Part shown: in pieces, positions 58,704 to 64,000 of the stretch | Layout of the letters: each line of letters opens with the position of its first letter | Numbering within the stretch: position 1 is the first letter of the stretch | Assembly (NCBI GenBank): GCA_963808235.1 | Contig: CAWEEQ010000004.1 | Location: forward strand, 3,328,001 to 3,392,000 | Reading direction: 5' to 3' | Length of the DNA stretch: 64,000 nucleotides | From: an uncultured delta proteobacterium | Lineage (GTDB): Bacteria; Desulfobacterota; Binatia; Binatales; Binataceae | The notes under the pieces: model-generated | Seen by the model: the letters and a program-made list of their open reading frames with translations, nothing else | What the model was told of the DNA's origin: nothing | Database searches by the model: none | Position numbers and translations under genes: made by a program

Positions 58704-60410
58704 ATGGCGTATGATCTGATTATCAAGAACGGCACGGTTATCGATGGCACCGGCTCTTTTCGTCGCCGCGCCGATGTCGCTGTCAGCAACGGAACCGTCG
58801 CGGAGATCGGAAGAATCACCGACGGCGCCGCCAAAACTATCGACGCCTCCGACTTGATCGTCGCGCCAGGCTTCGTCGATCCACATACTCACTACGATGC
58901 GCAGATCTGCTGGGACCCATTAGTCAGTTGCACTTCATGGCACGGGGTCACGACCGTAATGATGGGAAACTGCGGGGTGGGAATCGCTCCATGCAAGCCG
59001 GAGGTCCGCGAGGTCGCCGCATGGGACCTGGTCAACGTCGAGGCAATTCCCTTCGAGGCGCTCGCCAAGGGTGTCAGTTGGGAATGGGAAACCTTTCCGG
59101 ATTTCATGACCGCCGCCGAGCGCCGCGGGGCAGGAATCAATCTCGCTTTTCTCGCACCACTGACTCCATTTCGCCGCTACGTGCTCGGCGACGAGTCGAT
59201 GGAACGCGAGGCGCGGCCTGACGAGATCGCGCAGGTCGCGGCGCTGCTGCGCGAAGCGATCGGCGCCGGCGCATTCGGATTTTCAACCAGCACCCTGCCC
59301 CAGCATATCGGCTACCAGGGACGCCCGTTGCCGTGCCGCCTTGCGTCGCGCGATGAACTCAAGGCCTACGCGAACGTGCTCCGCGATCTTGGCCGCGGCG
59401 CAATCGAAGTCGCGCTCACCCGCCGGGCCGGGGCGGTCTCGGAGAGCGAATACGACCTGCTGCAATTTCTTCTCGACGAAAGCGAGCGCCCGGTCACCTG
59501 GCTTGGGATGGCGAGCAGGCCTGATCAGCCCGACGCAAGCGTCGATACGTTGCGAAGGCTCGAGCCCTTGATCAATCGGGGCGGCGTTCCGCAGGTGCTC
59601 TGCAAGCCGTTCGTGATCCAGATGGATCTGCGCAATCCGTTTACCTTCGCCGACATGACGATGTGGGGACCGGTGTTCAATCAACCGCCCTGCGCGCAGA
59701 AAAAGTTTTATCGCGATAGCGCATTCCGGGCCGCGTTTCGCGAGGAACTCAAAAGACCCCATCTGTTCCAGGGTCGATGGAATCGCGTCGAGGTGCTCGA
59801 AGTCACCAATCCGGTCCTCAAAGCCAACGAGGGCAGGACCGTCGCGCAGATCGCCGAGGAGCGCAACAAGGACCCGCTCGACATATTTTTTGACCTCGCG
59901 CTCGCCGACGATCTGAACATCCAATACACGATGCAGCAGTATCACGAAGCTGGAACTCGCAGGCTGGTGTCCGATTCGCGCACCATGATCGGTCTCTCCG
60001 ACGGCGGCGCGCACGTCAACATGCTCTGCGACGCGGGCTACTGCACTTATTTGCTCGGCACCTGGGTGCGCGAGCGCAGGGCGATGTCGCTCGAGCAGGC
60101 GGTCAAGCGCATCACTTCCGAACCCGCCGACTTCTTCGGAATCCGGGATCGCGGACGCCTCAAGGTCGGCCTTCCCGCCGATATCGCAATCTTCGACGAG
60201 CATCGAGTCGGCTCGGCAAAACGGCCGCGGATGCAAAACGATCTGCCTGGCGGCGGACGACGCCTCGTGATGCCCGCGGAGGGAATCGAATACACCATCG
60301 TAAACGGCGACATCCTCTACGAGCATGGATACCATTCGGGCTACCTGCCCGGCCGCGTACTCAGGTCAGGGGGCGGATTGCGGGGGAGCAATCCACCCCT
60401 GAACCTGTAG
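58704..60410 (+). CDS. N-acyl-D-amino-acid deacylase family amidohydrolase
   Basis: MAYDLIIKNG, PGFVDPHTHYD, GNCGVG, SDGGAH. Confidence 0.92.
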   Translation: MAYDLIIKNGTVIDGTGSFRRRADVAVSNGTVAEIGRITDGAAKTIDASDLIVAPGFVDPHTHYDAQICWDPLVSCTSWHGVTTVMMGNCGVGIAPCKPEVREVAAWDLVNVEAIPFEALAKGVSWEWETFPDFMTAAERRGAGINLAFLAPLTPFRRYVLGDESMEREARPDEIAQVAALLREAIGAGAFGFSTSTLPQHIGYQGRPLPCRLASRDELKAYANVLRDLGRGAIEVALTRRAGAVSESEYDLLQFLLDESERPVTWLGMASRPDQPDASVDTLRRLEPLINRGGVPQVLCKPFVIQMDLRNPFTFADMTMWGPVFNQPPCAQKKFYRDSAFRAAFREELKRPHLFQGRWNRVEVLEVTNPVLKANEGRTVAQIAEERNKDPLDIFFDLALADDLNIQYTMQQYHEAGTRRLVSDSRTMIGLSDGGAHVNMLCDAGYCTYLLGTWVRERRAMSLEQAVKRITSEPADFFGIRDRGRLKVGLPADIAIFDEHRVGSAKRPRMQNDLPGGGRRLVMPAEGIEYTIVNGDILYEHGYHSGYLPGRVLRSGGGLRGSNPPLNL

Positions 60411-60438
60411 CGGTTCAGCAGACACAGATCTCCTCTTC

Positions 60439-60467
60439 GCCTCGCCCTGACAGTATCGGGGCGAGGC
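60439..60467. terminator. Hairpin downstream of amidohydrolase
   Basis: gcctcgccctga-cagta-tcggggcgaggc; no clear U-tract. Confidence 0.4.
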
Positions 60468-60560
60468 ATCCGCTCGCCACGCGCGGCATTCCAAACGCCA
60501 GGCTGCCCTGCCGTCTGGTATCCGCTCCATCGCGCGATCATTTCTGGCATCCTCTACTCG

Positions 60561-62595
60561 ATGATCACCTTCCTCCAGAAAATCGCTATCCTGATCTTCG
60601 CGATCGCAATGGTTACCCCAATTTCGCCGTCGGCCGCCCGAGCCCAACTGCCGCCGCTAATCCCGCGCGAGGTGCTGCTCGGCAACCCCGAACGCACCAG
60701 CCCAACTATCTCGCCCGACGGCAAGCAGCTCGGATGGCTCGCGCCCGACAGTCACGACGTCCTGCAGGTGTGGGTTCAGACGCTCGGAAAAAACGACTTG
60801 CGCGCAGTCACCGCTGAAAAAAGCCGCGGCATCTCGAGCTACGGATGGGCCTTCGATTCAAAAACTATCATCTATGCGCAAGACGCCGCGGGCGACGAGA
60901 ACTTTCATCTCTTCGCCGTCGATTTGAACGCAAATAGCATTCGCGATCTCACTCCGTGGCAAGGCGTACGCGCTGAGTCGGTCGCTTCGAATCCGAAATT
61001 TCCCGGGCAGCTCATGGTCGCGCTCAATCTCCGCGATCGCAAACTGATGGACGTGTATCGAATCGATCTCGCGACCGGCGCAGTTCAGCTCGATACTAAA
61101 AATCCCGGCGATGTCGCCGGATGGCTCGCCGATGACAACATGGTCATCCGCGCCGCCACCGTGACGACCCAGGACGGTGGCACCGAACTCCGCCTGCGCG
61201 ACAGCGCCACCGCGCCGTGGCAGAGCCTGATCAAGGCGTCGAAGGAGGACAACCTCGTAGCGCTCGACTTCAGCCGCGACGGACGCTCGCTCGTTTTCGG
61301 CTCTTCGATCGGCAGAGATACCATCGCGCTCGTGAGCCGTCAGCTCGGGTCCGGGAACGAAACCGTGATCGCTCACAGTGACGAGGCGGATTTGAGCGAC
61401 GCGATCATCCATCCGACCCGTCATGTGGTCCAGGCTGCCGCATTCGATCCCGGCCGCCAGCATTGGACGGTTGTCGATCCGTCGATTCAAGACGACTTCG
61501 ACGCGATCGCGAAAATCACCGACGGAGATTTCCACATCGTCGATCGCGACCTCGCCGACAAGACCTGGCTGGTCTCTTTCGACAGCGATCGCGCGCCGAC
61601 GCGCTTCTACTCCTGGAACCGGGCCGCGAAGAAAGCGACTTTTCTCTTCACCACCCGGTCCAAACTCGAAGGCGTCCCGCTCGCGGAAATGAAACCGATC
61701 GAGTTCAGCAGTCGCGATGGTTTAAAACTCCGGGGATACCTGACCCTTCCGGTCGGGGTGCCGGCGAAAAATTTGCCGATTGTGCTTAACGTGCACGGCG
61801 GACCATGGGCGCGCGACAGTTGGGGTTTCCGTCCCGGCGTCCAATTGCTCGCGAACCGCGGCTACGCGGTACTGCAGGTGAACTATCGCGGCTCGACGGG
61901 CTTTGGAAAAAAGTTTCTCCACGCCGGCGATCTTCAATGGGGTCTCGCGATGCAGAACGATCTCAGCGACGGCGTGAACTGGGCCATTCATCAGGGAATC
62001 GCGGACCCAAAACGCATCGCAATCGACGGCGGCTCCTATGGCGGTTACGCCGCGCTCGCGGGAGCCGCATTCACGCCCGATCTCTACCGATGCGCCATCG
62101 ACGAATGTCGGACCCTCGAATCTGTTCACCTTGCTCAAGTCATTCCCGCCGTATTGGGAGGTCCAGCGCGCGATTTTCTTCACCCGGGTTGGTGATCCCG
62201 ACAACCCAAAAGACAAGCCGCTCCTGACCCGCGCCTCGCCACTATTCGCCGCCGACAAGATTAAAATCCCGATGCTGATTGGCCAGGGCGCAAACGACCC
62301 GCGCGTCAAACAGGCCGAGGCCGAGCAGATTGTCGACGCGATCGCGAAACATCGCGGTAGCGCAATTTACGTTCTCTACTCGGACGAGGGCCACGGCTTC
62401 GCCAGGCCCGAGAACCGTCTCGATTTCATCGCGCGCACGGAAAAATTTCTCGCCGACAACCTGGGTGGCCGTTTCGAACCCATGAACCTCGATCGTGTCC
62501 CGGGCTCAACCGCAAAACTTCGCGTCAGTCAGGTCCTCCCGAAAGCCCGAGTCCCTAGATCGTCGCAACCGCTCGACCATTTACTTGTGCTATGA
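60561..62595 (+). CDS. Secreted S9 family peptidase; +1 insertion near 62108
   Basis: Signal peptide; HGGPW, NYRGSTG, GGSYGG, GANDPRV, DEGHGF. Confidence 0.9.
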
Positions 62596-62629
62596 ACTCA
62601 ACCACAACCTGCATCCAGGAGAAGTGATC

Positions 62630-63472
62630 ATGGCAGAATTCGGAATCTCGATGTTCCCCACCGACTACGCAATCCAGCCGATCGAACTCGCGCGCGCCGC
62701 TGAAGAACGCGGCTTCGAGTCGATGTTCTTCCCCGAGCACACTCATATCCCCGCCTCGCGCAAGACTCCCTTCCCCGGCGGCACCGAGCTGCCCAAGGAG
62801 TACTGGCACACGCACGATCCGTTCGTAGCGCTAGGCGCTGCGGCCGCCGTCACCAGGAAGATCAAACTCGGCACCGGAGTATGCCTTGTGATCGAGCGCG
62901 ATCCGATCACGCTCGCCAAGGAAGTCGCATCGCTCGACATGATCTCGGGCGGACGCGTGATCTTCGGAATCGGCGCGGGGTGGAACGTCGAGGAGATGGA
63001 AAATCACGGCGCCGTCTTCAAGCGCCGCTGGAAAATCGTCAAGGAAAAAATTCTCGCGATGCGCCAAATATGGACCAAGGAGGCCGCCGAGTTTCACGGC
63101 GAGTTCGTGAACTTCGATCCGATCTGGGCCTTCCCCAAGCCCGTGCAGGCAGGCGGACCGCCAATTCTGCTCGGCTCGCAATCGCCAAAGACTTTCGATC
63201 GGGTCGCGGAATATTGCGACGGATGGATGCCGATCAATTTCCCGAGATACGACCTCGCCGCGAATCTGAAGGCGCTCGCGGAAGCGGGCAAGAAAGCCGG
63301 CCGGTCGAAACTACCGGTCTCGATGTTCGGAGTCGGCCCCAACGAAGAACACATCAAGAAGTTTCTCGATCTCGGCCTGGACCGGCTCATCTTCGCGCTC
63401 CCGCCGGCACCGCGCGAGACCGTGCTCCCGATGCTCGACAAGTACGCCGAGCTGAAGGCAAAGGCGCGCTGA
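62630..63472 (+). CDS. LLM-class (probably F420-dependent) oxidoreductase
   Basis: EERGFES..FPEHTHIP, DPFVAL, RDPITLAKEVASLD, GAGWN. Confidence 0.92.
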   Translation: MAEFGISMFPTDYAIQPIELARAAEERGFESMFFPEHTHIPASRKTPFPGGTELPKEYWHTHDPFVALGAAAAVTRKIKLGTGVCLVIERDPITLAKEVASLDMISGGRVIFGIGAGWNVEEMENHGAVFKRRWKIVKEKILAMRQIWTKEAAEFHGEFVNFDPIWAFPKPVQAGGPPILLGSQSPKTFDRVAEYCDGWMPINFPRYDLAANLKALAEAGKKAGRSKLPVSMFGVGPNEEHIKKFLDLGLDRLIFALPPAPRETVLPMLDKYAELKAKAR

Positions 63473-63513
63473 AGTTCGGGGCGGTTAGTCTGTATTTTCT
63501 CTATTCCAGACCC

Positions 63514-63542
63514 TTGACTGGATGAGCACATATCTTTAGGCT
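63514..63542 (+). promoter_or_regulatory. Candidate sigma70 promoter of the Rrf2 gene
   Basis: TTGACT-N17-TAGGCT. Confidence 0.5.
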
Positions 63543-63559
63543 ACTCAGCCTATCGGGTA

Positions 63560-64000
63560 ATGCTCTCCAAGAAGTCCAAATACGCCCTCAAGGCCCTGAT
63601 GGTCCTGGCCAAGGAATACGGCCAGGGTCCGGTGCTTATCTCCGACGTGGCGCAGCGTGAGGGCATCCCGCGCAAGTTTCTGGAACTGATCCTGCTCGAA
63701 CTGAAAAACCAGGGGATTTTGCAAAGCAAAAAGGGCAAGGGTGGCGGATATTTCCTTAACCGCGAACCCAGACTGATCAGCGTCGGGCACATAATCCGCA
63801 TACTGGACGGCCCGATCGCACCGCTGCCTTGCGTGAGCAAGACCGCTTACACGCGATGCCGCGAGTGCCGCGACGAGCGCAGTTGCGGAATCCGAATCGT
63901 GATGAAGGAAGTTCGCGATGCGACCGCCAAAATCATGGACTCCACTTCGCTCGCCGATATGCTGAGCCGGGTTGAGGCAGTCGTGACCGGCAAGGAATCG
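63560..64000 (+). CDS. Rrf2 family transcriptional regulator (runs off right edge)
   Basis: Manual translation: MLSKKSKYALKAL...IPRKFLELILLELK...SKKGKGGGY...LPCVS...CRECRDERSC. Confidence 0.93.
   Translation, partial: MLSKKSKYALKALMVLAKEYGQGPVLISDVAQREGIPRKFLELILLELKNQGILQSKKGKGGGYFLNREPRLISVGHIIRILDGPIAPLPCVSKTAYTRCRECRDERSCGIRIVMKEVRDATAKIMDSTSLADMLSRVEAVVTGKES

Overview
High-GC bacterial chromosomal segment. Gene content and style suggest a soil organism such as Candidatus Binatota; this is inference, not established from the window. The backbone is housekeeping: thpR-recA, alaS, phoH/ybeZ-ybeY-X-lnt-prfB (with the programmed +1 frameshift), panE, a cobS-like gene, coaE, hsp20-lemA-htpX, and smpB with a complete tmRNA (tag ADNNGYALAA). 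Catabolic and regulatory genes are interspersed: two N-acyl-D-amino-acid deacylases, pobA, an L-fucose-type oxidative cluster, P450 plus ferredoxin, an S9 peptidase, an LLM oxidoreductase and a four-gene phosphorelay. The most unusual items are: (1) a secreted 579-aa protein with 11 tandem 30-31-aa repeats that are about 21% Trp, next to two secreted proteins with phage-tail-like modules in an accessory tract downstream of tmRNA; (2) a three-gene restriction-modification cassette after recA, whose Xis/MerR-like regulator sits behind three 10-bp direct repeats; (3) an AbiGi/ADP-ribosyltransferase-fold gene translationally coupled between ybeY and lnt, where corC/ybeX usually lies; (4) a CobS homologue that has lost its signature motifs; (5) a glycoside hydrolase-GT2 fusion plus ABC exporter. 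About nine single-base insertions break otherwise intact genes and are most likely long-read sequencing errors. No CRISPR array, tRNA, rRNA, integrase or transposase was seen.
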